DNA of 64,000 bases, taken from positions 1 to 64,000 of the IMG/VR virus record IMGVR_UViG_3300019757_000093; one strand, 5' to 3'. This document shows positions 39,561 to 49,893 of the stretch, in pieces (positions within the stretch are counted from its first letter, which is position 1; each line of letters begins with the position of its first letter). Origin of the DNA: a virus. The notes beneath the pieces were generated by a model that searched no databases, was not told the DNA's origin, and worked only from the letters and a program-made list of their open reading frames with translations. Made by a program: the position numbers and the translations under genes.

Positions 39561-39631
39561 CTAAACTGAACAAGAAAATGATAGAACGAACTAAAAAGAA
39601 ATAACCCTATAAGGGAAAAGGAAAAAAGGAA

Positions 39632-40336
39632 ATGGGTAAAATACATAATATTATGCATTTAGATAACTCGGTTTTATCTCCAGAAGATAATACTCACGTA
39701 AAGAAAATTGAATGTACTTCAGAAAAAACAAGAAGTATAATCGGTTTACCTACGGTATCTGATTTAAACGGAAACGTATTAGCAAAGGAAGAAAACTTAG
39801 TTGTATTAAGTGGTAGAGAATTCTTAGCTCAAAAGCTAGCGGATTTAGCCTTAGATGGGAATGATTTAACAAGTTATCAAATTAGATATTTTGGTATAGG
39901 AACTGGTGGTACAGAGGGAACTCCTCCAAGTACAGTAGGTCCATTCGATACCGATATTGATTTAACTAATAAAGTAAAAATTAGTGTTGGTGGAATTTCT
40001 GATCCAGCTAATGACTATAAATATATTGATGCAGGATATCTTAAAAGAATTAATTCTGATGGTAGTATAGTAATCAATCAAGAAGAACATACTATTAATA
40101 CAAATTCTGGGCAGGAGGTTGTAAATAAATTTACTGCTATTACGTTTAATATATTAATTCAAGAAGAAGAACCAGCTGAAAAACCAGTAAAATTTAATGA
40201 AGCTTCATTATATGCGGTTAAGTATGTAGATGGTATTCCAACGGATGATAAAATATTATTTGCAAGATTTACTACATTAGATAAGTACTTAGATCTTAAA
40301 GATGGTATTTCTATTGAATGGAATATTTTAGTATAG
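39632..40336 (+). CDS. baseplate/tail structural protein
   Basis: NLVVLSGRE..YFGIGTGG..FNEASLY..LFAR..IEW motif set. Confidence 0.6.
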   Translation: MGKIHNIMHLDNSVLSPEDNTHVKKIECTSEKTRSIIGLPTVSDLNGNVLAKEENLVVLSGREFLAQKLADLALDGNDLTSYQIRYFGIGTGGTEGTPPSTVGPFDTDIDLTNKVKISVGGISDPANDYKYIDAGYLKRINSDGSIVINQEEHTINTNSGQEVVNKFTAITFNILIQEEEPAEKPVKFNEASLYAVKYVDGIPTDDKILFARFTTLDKYLDLKDGISIEWNILV

Positions 40337-40381
40337 GTTTTCCTATCTAATAAATAAAATAAAAAATAAAGGAGGCCTTAT

Positions 40382-42409
40382 ATGGCTACTTATAATATAC
40401 CAGGTATCACTACAAGTGTTCTGGATATCACACACACTACTGCTAGTACAAGTTCTGGTAGATCAGTTCTTATTTCAGGTTTAAGTAAATATGGCGAAGA
40501 AGATCTGATGGAATTCTCAGATGCTACTATTGTTGATAGTACATTAGGAACAGCTAACTATAAAAAATATGGTTTAGGTATGAAGTATTTAAAAGGGGCT
40601 TTAACTAGAACTAATAAAGTTTATTTTAAAAGATTACTTCCAGATGATGCTACATTTAGTAATGTAAGTATCTCAGAAAATAATGAAATTATTACTCAAG
40701 AGAATTTAATCGATACTGGTGCTTTAGGTGCTACTAACAACGTATTTAATCTTACTGCAAAAGCAAGAGGTAATGGTTACGATAGTCTTTTTGTACAATT
40801 TTCTCCAGCGCCAGATTTAGAAAAATTATATGCTGATGAAGAGGGAGATTTAAATTATAGATTTAACTTTTTAAGAGCAGATATATTTGAAAATAACAAT
40901 ATTGGATTAAAATCTGTTTCAAGAAGTATTTTATTTTCTTTAATTGATGATGATCCTCAAACTGGAGCTCCAATTTTAGATATGAATACATCAAAAGAAT
41001 TATTTGTAAATCAAAAATTTGCTAATAATAATACTTTCTTAGATGCCACTATTCCAGAAGATGTTGTTTCAACACTATATGATCAATTAAGTATAGATGA
41101 GATTTGTGCTAAAAATTCTCAAGAAAGATTAGTACTTACAGATACAAGTACTGGAACTAACTATGAAATTATTATTAATAAAGAAGAAGGTTTTGAATTA
41201 AAAGCTGTTCAAGTTCAAGGTAAGAATGAAGAATTTTTAGGTATGGTTACTACTGCTAGTAATGGTGAAGTAATTACTAAAAAATATAAAATCTTTATAG
41301 AAGATAAAGCTCTTAAAACAGAAGTTTACTATGGAGATAATTCTTCATTCAGTACTCTTAAAATAAATGGAGTAAATGGTTTTTACGATTTATTAATTGA
41401 TGATTCTGAAGCTTTAGTAAAACAAGTAATTTCTTTTCCTAGATATGAATTATATAATAAATTAATTGGAAATAAATTTCAATTATCTAGTGGTTCTGAT
41501 GGAGAAAATTTAATTCTTAATAATAGAATTAACTTATATGGTCCAGGTGATACTACTAAGCAAAATGCTAAACAATTATTAATAGATTACTATAATTATA
41601 CCCCAGACATTAGAGAAGTTATGTATCCAAAATATGATTTTGATTACCTTCCAGATTGGACTGAAGATGTAGATGTAATGACTGCTATTAGTAATCTTGG
41701 GGATGAATTAGGTTTCTCAATGCCGATTGTATCTTTAGGAACAAGTCTTTCTAGAGAAGAAGATTATGCTAAGAGAAGAGAAGATTATATTATTAACTCA
41801 TATAATACTGCTATCTATAGTGGACAAGATAACCTTGAACATTACGATGAAACTACTGGTGGAACTATAAAAATTCCTCATAGTTATTTAGCAATGTTAA
41901 TTCATTTAGATGTCGATGATAATTATTCAATTACTGAACCAGCGGCTAATAAGAATAAAGCAACTATTCCAGATAGTAAAATTAAATTATCTTACCAAGC
42001 CACAAGTAAAGATATTGAAGTTCTAAGAGAAGTTCAAATTAATACAATCATTGATGAAGTTGATGGTATGTATGAAATTGATCAATTAACTGCTTATAAA
42101 AAAGCAAGTAAATTATCTAGAATCAATATAGTTAAACCTATTCATAGAATGAGAAAAGATTTACCAAGATTACTTAAAGACTTTATTCAAGTAAAAGCTT
42201 TAAATAACCAAATCTCAAAAGTTCAAGAAATAGTTAATAAATACATGGATAAATATTTAGTATCTGATGATAATATTAGAGATGGTATCTTTAGTACTAT
42301 TAAAGTTCAAGTGTACTTTATTGAAGAAGAAAATAAATTAATTGTAAGTATTACAGTTAACCCAATCGGTACTATTGAAACAATTAGTATACCAATTACA
42401 GTAATTTAA
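40382..42409 (+). CDS. tail sheath protein
   Basis: PGI start, ARG.GY, LSSGSDG, EPAA, QINTI, LSRINI, V.I.V.PIGTIE.I C-terminus. Confidence 0.9.
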   Translation: MATYNIPGITTSVLDITHTTASTSSGRSVLISGLSKYGEEDLMEFSDATIVDSTLGTANYKKYGLGMKYLKGALTRTNKVYFKRLLPDDATFSNVSISENNEIITQENLIDTGALGATNNVFNLTAKARGNGYDSLFVQFSPAPDLEKLYADEEGDLNYRFNFLRADIFENNNIGLKSVSRSILFSLIDDDPQTGAPILDMNTSKELFVNQKFANNNTFLDATIPEDVVSTLYDQLSIDEICAKNSQERLVLTDTSTGTNYEIIINKEEGFELKAVQVQGKNEEFLGMVTTASNGEVITKKYKIFIEDKALKTEVYYGDNSSFSTLKINGVNGFYDLLIDDSEALVKQVISFPRYELYNKLIGNKFQLSSGSDGENLILNNRINLYGPGDTTKQNAKQLLIDYYNYTPDIREVMYPKYDFDYLPDWTEDVDVMTAISNLGDELGFSMPIVSLGTSLSREEDYAKRREDYIINSYNTAIYSGQDNLEHYDETTGGTIKIPHSYLAMLIHLDVDDNYSITEPAANKNKATIPDSKIKLSYQATSKDIEVLREVQINTIIDEVDGMYEIDQLTAYKKASKLSRINIVKPIHRMRKDLPRLLKDFIQVKALNNQISKVQEIVNKYMDKYLVSDDNIRDGIFSTIKVQVYFIEEENKLIVSITVNPIGTIETISIPITVI

Positions 42410-42419
42410 GGAGAAGTAA

Positions 42420-43187
42420 ATGGCATTTAACGCAATCTCATTTAACAATGCAGTTACAAGTAGTTACACAAATAGATATACTGGAGGATCGGACTTAGTT
42501 GATAAGGCCAATCCTTTTATTAAAGGTTATTTTTATGTACTATTTGAGTTACCAGAAATATTTGATGCAGATTCAGATACTACTGGTTCAGATAAAGCAA
42601 CTTTACAGAAGTTACTTTTAAGTTCAGCAGAAAGTTTTACCCCACCAGGTGATAGACAATTAAAGACTGAAGATATTCAAGGTATGGGTGGATTAGATAG
42701 TTCGTTCGTAACAGGTCAAACTATCGATAGAAATTATAGTATTCAATATAAAGATTTCTGGGGAGCTCCAATATTTAGAATCCATAGAAAGTGGACTAAT
42801 ATTATTAATCCATATGCTGGTGGTATGGTTAAATCAGGAAGTAATAGTTTTCAATCTAAATCTTATAAAGGTAAATGTTGGGTGATCCAAACTAAGCCAG
42901 TTGTAGGACAATCTGATACTGTTTATGAAAAATCAGATATTATTAAAGTAGATTATTTTGATGGTGTATTTCCAAGAAATGATTTAAAAAGTATTTATGA
43001 TAGTAATATTACAGATAATAGTATTGTAAGACCAAACATGCAATATTCTTTTGATGGTTTCCCATTAGATGAAACAAACGAACAAGTTCTTACCGCCGCA
43101 GTTGCTAAACTAAATGCAGCTATTAATAGCGCAAGTTCAAGTTCAAATAGTTATAAAGTTTTCGGTAAATTAGCTGATGACGCATAG
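42420..43187 (+). CDS. tail tube protein
   Basis: Follows sheath; FTPPG, W..II, FDGVFP, YSFD tube-like motifs. Confidence 0.8.
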   Translation: MAFNAISFNNAVTSSYTNRYTGGSDLVDKANPFIKGYFYVLFELPEIFDADSDTTGSDKATLQKLLLSSAESFTPPGDRQLKTEDIQGMGGLDSSFVTGQTIDRNYSIQYKDFWGAPIFRIHRKWTNIINPYAGGMVKSGSNSFQSKSYKGKCWVIQTKPVVGQSDTVYEKSDIIKVDYFDGVFPRNDLKSIYDSNITDNSIVRPNMQYSFDGFPLDETNEQVLTAAVAKLNAAINSASSSSNSYKVFGKLADDA

Positions 43188-43191
43188 AAAT

Positions 43192-43221
43192 TCTTAGCCT
43201 TCTGGCTAAGATTTCCTGTCG
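43192..43221 (+). terminator. hairpin + TTCCTGTC element
   Basis: TCTTAGCC-TTCT-GGCTAAGA TTTCCTGTCG. Confidence 0.7.
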
Positions 43222-43240
43222 TAGTTAAAACTACAGATGG

Positions 43241-43252
43241 AACAAAGATATA
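43241..43252 (+). promoter_or_regulatory. candidate late promoter
   Basis: AACA-AAGATA-TA. Confidence 0.65.
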
Positions 43253-43281
43253 TCAAAATAATTAAAAACGAAGGAGCTATT

Positions 43282-44304
43282 ATGGCTATAAAAGACGTTA
43301 AGAAGATATTACACATTGAGTATGATTTAAATTCGGAAGAATTTAAATCTCAGAAATTAAACCAGGTGACTAAAAAATATCAAAGAATGCATCCAAGTAA
43401 ATTAGTAAAGGTTACTACTTATTGTGTTCAGAATAAACAATTATTAACTAGTTGTACTCAAGAGAATAAATCTTTAATTGGTGCTGGAAGTAATATATTA
43501 GAAGATATTTCTTTAAGTAATTTTTCATTAGTAACGTTAGATAACGAAATGCTAAATACTTTTGAATTAACAATTACGGCTAGTAGTACGATACCCTCTT
43601 ATGAAGAGGCTGTAAATATTGCCCAAGCTAAGGCGGATGCTTTATTTCGAAAAGATGATACAAAAATTCCTTTAGTAACAATTATTGATTATCGATTTGG
43701 ACAACCAGAAAATACAGTATCTAGTAGTATTTTTGGAACAGTGGATGAAAGTGGAAATGTCGTTACGGAAATTAATGGTTCTGCGGATATTACTATTACT
43801 GGTGGAAACTTAGCTGCTGGTATTCTAGAGCTAGCTAAACATAATCTTAACCAAGGTACTCCACCAGTAGAAGAGTTACCATTTTATTTATATCCAACTA
43901 ACAATTTAGAGATGACTCATAATCATGGAGAAAATTTTACATACGAAAGTACTATTAATATGGATACTATGGATAAACAAATGGCTTTATTTTCAAATAC
44001 TTATATGAACGTAAGTGTACTATGGGGTACCCAAATTCGATTCTATTACGAAGATAATACTGGTCATAATATAATAGGTTTATTTAATTTTAGTACTGGT
44101 ACTGATTATGATATTAAAGTTGTTTATAACGTAGATAATAATTTAGCTCAATTATATATTGATGGTAATTTAATTGCGGAGAAAACTACTTTTGATGGTA
44201 TGAAAGACAAATTCCGTAATACTTTTACAATTGGACGACAAAATTCTACTAATCATATTCCATTCAAAGGTGAAATTAAAGATAATAAATTTACAGCCTT
44301 ATAG
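43282..44304 (+). CDS. virion protein family member 3 with LamG/concanavalin-like C-terminus
   Basis: Start reset to ATG 43282 (AAGGAG RBS, paralog alignment); IKVVYN..LYIDG..FTIG..FKGEIKD. Confidence 0.75.
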   Translation: MAIKDVKKILHIEYDLNSEEFKSQKLNQVTKKYQRMHPSKLVKVTTYCVQNKQLLTSCTQENKSLIGAGSNILEDISLSNFSLVTLDNEMLNTFELTITASSTIPSYEEAVNIAQAKADALFRKDDTKIPLVTIIDYRFGQPENTVSSSIFGTVDESGNVVTEINGSADITITGGNLAAGILELAKHNLNQGTPPVEELPFYLYPTNNLEMTHNHGENFTYESTINMDTMDKQMALFSNTYMNVSVLWGTQIRFYYEDNTGHNIIGLFNFSTGTDYDIKVVYNVDNNLAQLYIDGNLIAEKTTFDGMKDKFRNTFTIGRQNSTNHIPFKGEIKDNKFTAL

Positions 44305-44308
44305 AAAT

Positions 44309-44333
44309 ATCCCCTTCGGGGGATTTCCTGTCG
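44309..44333 (+). terminator. hairpin + TTCCTGTC element
   Basis: ATCCCC-TTCG-GGGGAT TTCCTGTCG. Confidence 0.75.
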
Positions 44334-44363
44334 TAGTTTTAACTAAGTAATCTGGGACTTTAG

Positions 44364-44375
44364 AACTAAACCATA
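44364..44375 (+). promoter_or_regulatory. candidate late promoter
   Basis: AACT-AAACCA-TA. Confidence 0.65.
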
Positions 44376-44397
44376 TAAAATAATAAAAGGAGTAAAT

Positions 44398-45747
44398 ATG
44401 GTAAATGAGTTAGATAGAGTTTACACTGGAGTTATTCTACCATATACAGATAAAGTAAATCCTTCAAAATACGCAGTACATATTCCAGAGCTTCATAATT
44501 CTGGAACTGGTTCTATGACTAGTCAATATACTTGGGCTTCTAATGAGTATAGTAATAATATGCAAAAGATTAAAAAAACGGATGGTCAATATAAAGAGTT
44601 TGGAAGTTATTTTCCTCTTGAATCAGAATTGGGAGTACTTGTAAAATTCCATAATGCCGATAAAAGTAGAAGTGCCTATATTATTGGGGTTATTCCAGAA
44701 CATAAAGATAGCCCAAAGAATGCTAATAGAGATAGTTATTATTTATTAGCTGGAACTAAGGGTGGTTCTAAAATATATATTGATGATGATAAAGATAGAA
44801 TACATCTTTCTCAAAATGGTGGTAAAACAGATTTAATGATGGATCAATATGGTATTACTATGCAAACAAGTAATACTGAGACTGATACAAATATAGTTAC
44901 TAGTAAATTAGAATTATCTGAAAATGGATTTAATGTAAGATTTGGCGAGAATCAAATGGTATTTAACGAAACTGGATTTGCTATTACTTATGGAGAAAAC
45001 AGAACCTTTTTTAAAATGACTAAAAAAGGAATAGAAATTTGTGCCGAAGATTTCTTAAATGTAAGTGCCTTTGGACCTTGTAGTCTTTATGGAGAAACTA
45101 TGAATGTTCAAGGAGAAGGAGCTTTAAATCTCAGAGGGACTAATACTAAATTAACTGGTTTACAAAAACTAGCCATGAATAGTAATATTATACATTTAGA
45201 AGGAGTTATGGATACTCATATTAAAGCTGGGATGAATCTTACTTTAGATAGTAAACTATTTTTAAATTCCCAATGTATTATATCTGATCAACAGGTTCTA
45301 GGGATGAGTAATTTCTTTAGTCCAATGGATAATAAAGTTACATCTTTAGCAGTTGAAAGTAGTTCTTTTAAAGCGGAAGCAATTCCGACAATTGCTTCCG
45401 ACGGAATGAATCTTAAAGGAATGGGGATAGCCACTAGTACCGCTGGTAGTGTTTCATCCGCTACTACTGCTACTATGCTAGGATTGAAAGCTACTATGAT
45501 GGCTACTACTACTATTTTTAATTTAGATAATATTGGTACTGCAATAGCAAGTGCTGTTATGACTGATAATACTATTGCTGATTCAGCGGAACCTTCTAAT
45601 AGTATATCAGATAATTTATTTGGATCGTTACCTGCTAATGATGATGGTACTAATTATATTACTAAATTAAATGATACAGATAAAAAATTAAGAAAATTAA
45701 GAGGAATTAAGGTAGAGCCTAATTCTATATTAAAAAATTATAATTAG
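44398..45747 (+). CDS. baseplate central spike (gp5/VgrG/gpV-like)
   Basis: OB-fold YTGVI..V.IPEL..WA..G.YFP..VLVKF..YIIG then beta-helix-like repeats. Confidence 0.75.
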   Translation: MVNELDRVYTGVILPYTDKVNPSKYAVHIPELHNSGTGSMTSQYTWASNEYSNNMQKIKKTDGQYKEFGSYFPLESELGVLVKFHNADKSRSAYIIGVIPEHKDSPKNANRDSYYLLAGTKGGSKIYIDDDKDRIHLSQNGGKTDLMMDQYGITMQTSNTETDTNIVTSKLELSENGFNVRFGENQMVFNETGFAITYGENRTFFKMTKKGIEICAEDFLNVSAFGPCSLYGETMNVQGEGALNLRGTNTKLTGLQKLAMNSNIIHLEGVMDTHIKAGMNLTLDSKLFLNSQCIISDQQVLGMSNFFSPMDNKVTSLAVESSSFKAEAIPTIASDGMNLKGMGIATSTAGSVSSATTATMLGLKATMMATTTIFNLDNIGTAIASAVMTDNTIADSAEPSNSISDNLFGSLPANDDGTNYITKLNDTDKKLRKLRGIKVEPNSILKNYN

Positions 45748-45790
45748 CTAAGAACTAGCTCACTATAGCCAGCTATCTATTAATAGCTAT
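45744..45790. repeat. AGCT-rich dispersed repeat, degenerate
   Basis: TTAGCTAAGAACTAGCTCACTATAGCCAGCTAT..TAGCTAT. Confidence 0.7.
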
Positions 45791-45811
45791 TATAAAATAA
45801 AAAGGAAAAAG

Positions 45812-48800
45812 ATGGAATTAATAAATAATTATTCGAATACAGAAGGAGATTATTCATACGATATAACAGGGTATGTAAAAACTTCTTATATTAATATTAC
45901 TGCTCAAGAAGTAGATGGTTATATTAATAATTCTGATTATTTAAATATAAATACAGATGTATCCGCAACGGTTACATCAGAGGCTGGAGATCATGGTTTT
46001 ACTTATAAATGTCATATTGATATATCAGGTATGTTTGAGATTGATTTCAATTTACCTAACTTCTTAAGTGTACCAGGAGTTAATTTAACTTTATTTAAAA
46101 AGATGGATGAATTCAGTAAACAATTAAGAGATTTAAATGATAATTTAATTAACTTTATTCAAAGTACTGGTTGTTGTGATATGTCATATCAATATAATAA
46201 AACCATGGTTCCTATATTTAGATACTTAGCAGATCATCCAGATGTATCTGGATGTAATATTGAAGATCCTAAAGTTGGACCAGGGGATGATTGTAAGAGA
46301 GGTGGAGGAAGTAATTTTATGTCTGAGATACTTAAAGTAATTACTCAGATTACTAAAGTATATACCGCTATCGAACCTATCTTTTGTATAATTAAACCTA
46401 TACCAGGAAATCCTTGGTTGCCATTCGATTTTAACTGGATAAGACCAATTCTTCCATATATTGAAAAGTACAGTAAGTTTGCAGAGAAGATTATGTCTGG
46501 GGAATTAATAGATGTAATTATTGATCCAGTTAAAGATATCAATAGAACATTATTTAACTGTAAGCAAAGTAAATCAGTTCAGACTTTAGAAAAAGGTATT
46601 ACCGCGAGTACTATAAATAATGCCATTTCAGAAATTAAAAACGAACAAGATTTTTTAGAAGCTAGAAAAGAATTTGAAAAGAAAGTTAATGATAATAGGG
46701 CAGATGCTTTACAATCATTAAGTAAATATTCTGATCTTCCTAAAGTATATGCTTTCTTAGGAGATATGATAGATCAAAATGAAAAGGATAAAGAACAAGA
46801 GAAAGCTTTAATTGCTAGAGTTCAAACTGATTTAGATTTAATTCAAGATACCTTTAGTCTAAGTAAAAAAGAACAAGAAAAAATAGAAGCTTATTCTACA
46901 GCAGAAAAGAATCAACCATTACAATGTCTTCAAGAATTATTTAAATTTCGGCCAGAACTTCCTAAGTTACCTTGGACAGAAATATCATTATTACCTACTG
47001 GAGATACTAGACTTAGAAATGATCTAACTAAAGTAATTGGTGAGACTGCTTTCGCTATTAAATATAAAGATATTTATGGGGATAATAAAGAGTTTACTAA
47101 TGCCCCTCAAATTATGGATAAGAATATTACTTTTGATGAGGATGCTGTTTATAACGCTGATTTTGTAAGTAAGTTCCGAGAGTACATGAAGAAAGATGGA
47201 CAAAATGTTAGTTATAAAAAAATACTTCCTAATGATTTTAATTTTTATTTAGATGACGCCACCTTAAAAACTTCTTCCTTTGATACATCCGCTTTAGATA
47301 ATGCTTCTGATTTCTTTACTAATAAGAGTACCCTAGAAGGAGTTATGGATAGAGATATATCAGCTTTTGATAGTACTATGTTTAGTACTGTGACAGGGGA
47401 TACTGATACGGTACTAGATAATAATAATAAAATAGCTAATTTTATTCAAAGATTACAGGAGAAAGAATCTAGTGTAGTTAAAGAATTAAATAAAGCTATA
47501 ACAGAAGATAAACTTAATTGGGAAAAAGCTAAAGCTAAATCTCAAATAGTTCTAGATAAAATTATAAAAGATTATAAAAAAAGAATTAATAAACCTATAG
47601 AAGATGCTTTTAGTTATTTAAGTACCCAATTAATAGATATTTCAGTAGAAGAAGCTCAAGAAGCTCATTGGAATTGTTTTGGAAAATATTTAGAAATAGA
47701 TATTATTAATGATCCATTTGATAAGACTAGTACTGATGGGTATGAATTTCTAGAAAGTGTAGATGGGGAGGTTGCTCAACAACAATCTATTATTAATGGT
47801 TATATTAGACAAAGAAAAATTCTTTTAGGTGGTTTTGCTCAAAAATATTTTAATAAACAATTTGAATTTTTAAAAGAAGAATTTGATACATGTACTAATG
47901 CTGCTAATACTATAAAGAATGGAGTAATACAATTATTAAGTCAAAAGATTTCTCAGATAGAAACGGGTGGAGTAATTAAAGTAGTGACTGATAGTGAATA
48001 TGACGCTGCGGATAATACTGATTTATTATATAGAATTTCAGATATTAGATTTGATATATTAGATAGTTTTGAGGGTACTCCTTACGAAAGTACAGTAACC
48101 GATATTAAAGAGGCTCAAGAAATAATAGTAGATAATATTGTATTTAATAAATATATAAAAAGAATAGAGAAATACGTTTCTGTAATTGGTCCAGGTTTAT
48201 ATTTTCCAATAGCAGATGAGAACGATAATATTTTAAACGTTTATGATCTTGGAACTGTAATTAGTACTATGTATGATAAATTACTCAGTATTATAACCTT
48301 TCCAGATGCTAGTGATAGTGATAGTAATGATACTAATATAGAAGGACTATTACTTAGAACTTTTAAATATGAGGCAATTAAAAAGACTTTATTTACTACC
48401 ATAGATGATAATGTCGCATATACTTTTTATGTAACCTTTACTCCAGAAATAACTATTGGTTGTAATATTATTTGCGAACTTATTCAATTTATAGTTAACT
48501 ATTTGCTAGCAGCCATAAAGAAGATATTAAAAACTTTAATCTTTTGGTTAATAGATTATTTAATACCAGATTGGTTAAAGAATATTATTAGATTAATTCT
48601 ATATAAATTAAAATGTTTTTTAATGATTGCTTATATGCCAGAAAGATTATCTAAAATAGATGATACATATGATTCTTTTATGGAAAGTATTAAGAATAGA
48701 ATTGCTTTATATCCATATGATGCATGCGCTAAAAAAGCTATTGATAATGCATTAGCTAATGAAGCGGCTGAATTACCAGATACAGAAGAGAACGAGGATA

Positions 48801-49885
48801 CTATTATTGATGTTGCTAGTACTCATGTTCTAGTGGCAGAATTCGTGGACGAAAAGTTGAATACTGTTAGAAGTATTTCTAAATATAATTATCAAAATAT
48901 TAAAATTAGATTTAAAAAAGATCAATTAGCTACTTTAAATAATGTAGTACTTAAAGATTTAGATGATGATTTATCCGGAGCTTCCGCTATTAACTTAACC
49001 GAAATGGTTCAGAATTTTGATCCAACAGATGAAGTAGATTATGATAAGCATTTTTACATTATTTCTTTAAATAATGGAGACTTACTTATAAATAATTTAG
49101 ATTTGACTTTATTAAGAACAGAGTCATGTATAATCCAAGCAGAAAGTTTTAAGAGTACTGCTACTCAACAGAATTTAAATGCTAGTCATGTTATTACAAA
49201 TAGGTTTACTTCTATTGGAAATAAAAGTGATAGTATTATTCAGCTCCAGGATGAGAAGACTTCTTCCTATACCCAATTATTACAAAGAAATAAAAGATTT
49301 TTAAAAGTTTCATTTCAAGAAAAGTTAGAAAGTACTATTCTAAATATAAAATTAGTGGATAAGACTATACCAGTCCAGGCCCAATTACCAACCACAACAA
49401 CAGAAGAAGTAATAGGCAAACAACCATTACCAACAGTAATTATAGATTTATCTCATTACAAGATTTTGTATGATAGTAGTACTAATTTAAAATATTTTAT
49501 TTATGATTGCACAAATTTCTTTCCAAAGAATACGGAAATACAAGCGGAGTTAAGAACGATATTTAATGGAAGTACTACTATAACGACCGATGCTATATTT
49601 TGTCAGGAAGATCCTGGAATTAATAATAATATCAATTCAGATATAGGAGATATAGCAAAAACTATTAATGACCAATTAATTACTAGTGTACCAGTTACTA
49701 ATCCTGGTATAAATCCAAATCCTCAAACAGCCGAGGAGTTAGCAGCAAAGGGTACTTCCCAAGCAAGAAAATCAGTTCCTATTTTATTTGATTGTGAAAA
49801 TAGTAATGGTTTAATTACTTCTGTGGTAGCAGCAAATTATGAATCATGGATAGCCCTTGGTTTAATACCAGATCCAAATAACTAG
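45812..49885 (+). CDS. large virion protein with Cys-rich and amphipathic segments
   Basis: 1357 aa after spike gene; amphipathic stretch IICELIQFIVNYLLAAIKKILKTLIFWLIDYLIPDWL. Confidence 0.6.
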   Translation: MELINNYSNTEGDYSYDITGYVKTSYINITAQEVDGYINNSDYLNINTDVSATVTSEAGDHGFTYKCHIDISGMFEIDFNLPNFLSVPGVNLTLFKKMDEFSKQLRDLNDNLINFIQSTGCCDMSYQYNKTMVPIFRYLADHPDVSGCNIEDPKVGPGDDCKRGGGSNFMSEILKVITQITKVYTAIEPIFCIIKPIPGNPWLPFDFNWIRPILPYIEKYSKFAEKIMSGELIDVIIDPVKDINRTLFNCKQSKSVQTLEKGITASTINNAISEIKNEQDFLEARKEFEKKVNDNRADALQSLSKYSDLPKVYAFLGDMIDQNEKDKEQEKALIARVQTDLDLIQDTFSLSKKEQEKIEAYSTAEKNQPLQCLQELFKFRPELPKLPWTEISLLPTGDTRLRNDLTKVIGETAFAIKYKDIYGDNKEFTNAPQIMDKNITFDEDAVYNADFVSKFREYMKKDGQNVSYKKILPNDFNFYLDDATLKTSSFDTSALDNASDFFTNKSTLEGVMDRDISAFDSTMFSTVTGDTDTVLDNNNKIANFIQRLQEKESSVVKELNKAITEDKLNWEKAKAKSQIVLDKIIKDYKKRINKPIEDAFSYLSTQLIDISVEEAQEAHWNCFGKYLEIDIINDPFDKTSTDGYEFLESVDGEVAQQQSIINGYIRQRKILLGGFAQKYFNKQFEFLKEEFDTCTNAANTIKNGVIQLLSQKISQIETGGVIKVVTDSEYDAADNTDLLYRISDIRFDILDSFEGTPYESTVTDIKEAQEIIVDNIVFNKYIKRIEKYVSVIGPGLYFPIADENDNILNVYDLGTVISTMYDKLLSIITFPDASDSDSNDTNIEGLLLRTFKYEAIKKTLFTTIDDNVAYTFYVTFTPEITIGCNIICELIQFIVNYLLAAIKKILKTLIFWLIDYLIPDWLKNIIRLILYKLKCFLMIAYMPERLSKIDDTYDSFMESIKNRIALYPYDACAKKAIDNALANEAAELPDTEENEDTIIDVASTHVLVAEFVDEKLNTVRSISKYNYQNIKIRFKKDQLATLNNVVLKDLDDDLSGASAINLTEMVQNFDPTDEVDYDKHFYIISLNNGDLLINNLDLTLLRTESCIIQAESFKSTATQQNLNASHVITNRFTSIGNKSDSIIQLQDEKTSSYTQLLQRNKRFLKVSFQEKLESTILNIKLVDKTIPVQAQLPTTTTEEVIGKQPLPTVIIDLSHYKILYDSSTNLKYFIYDCTNFFPKNTEIQAELRTIFNGSTTITTDAIFCQEDPGINNNINSDIGDIAKTINDQLITSVPVTNPGINPNPQTAEELAAKGTSQARKSVPILFDCENSNGLITSVVAANYESWIALGLIPDPNN

Positions 49886-49893
49886 GAGGTAAT

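Noticed and set aside
43237-43281. 15-aa N-terminal extension in the ORF track
   Set aside because: This is the duplicated promoter/RBS leader; paralogs start at MAIK (43282)
33201-44304. Diversity-generating retroelement acting on the paralog family or the 91-bp repeat
   Set aside because: No reverse transcriptase in the window and no template/variable pair with multiple adenine-specific mismatches
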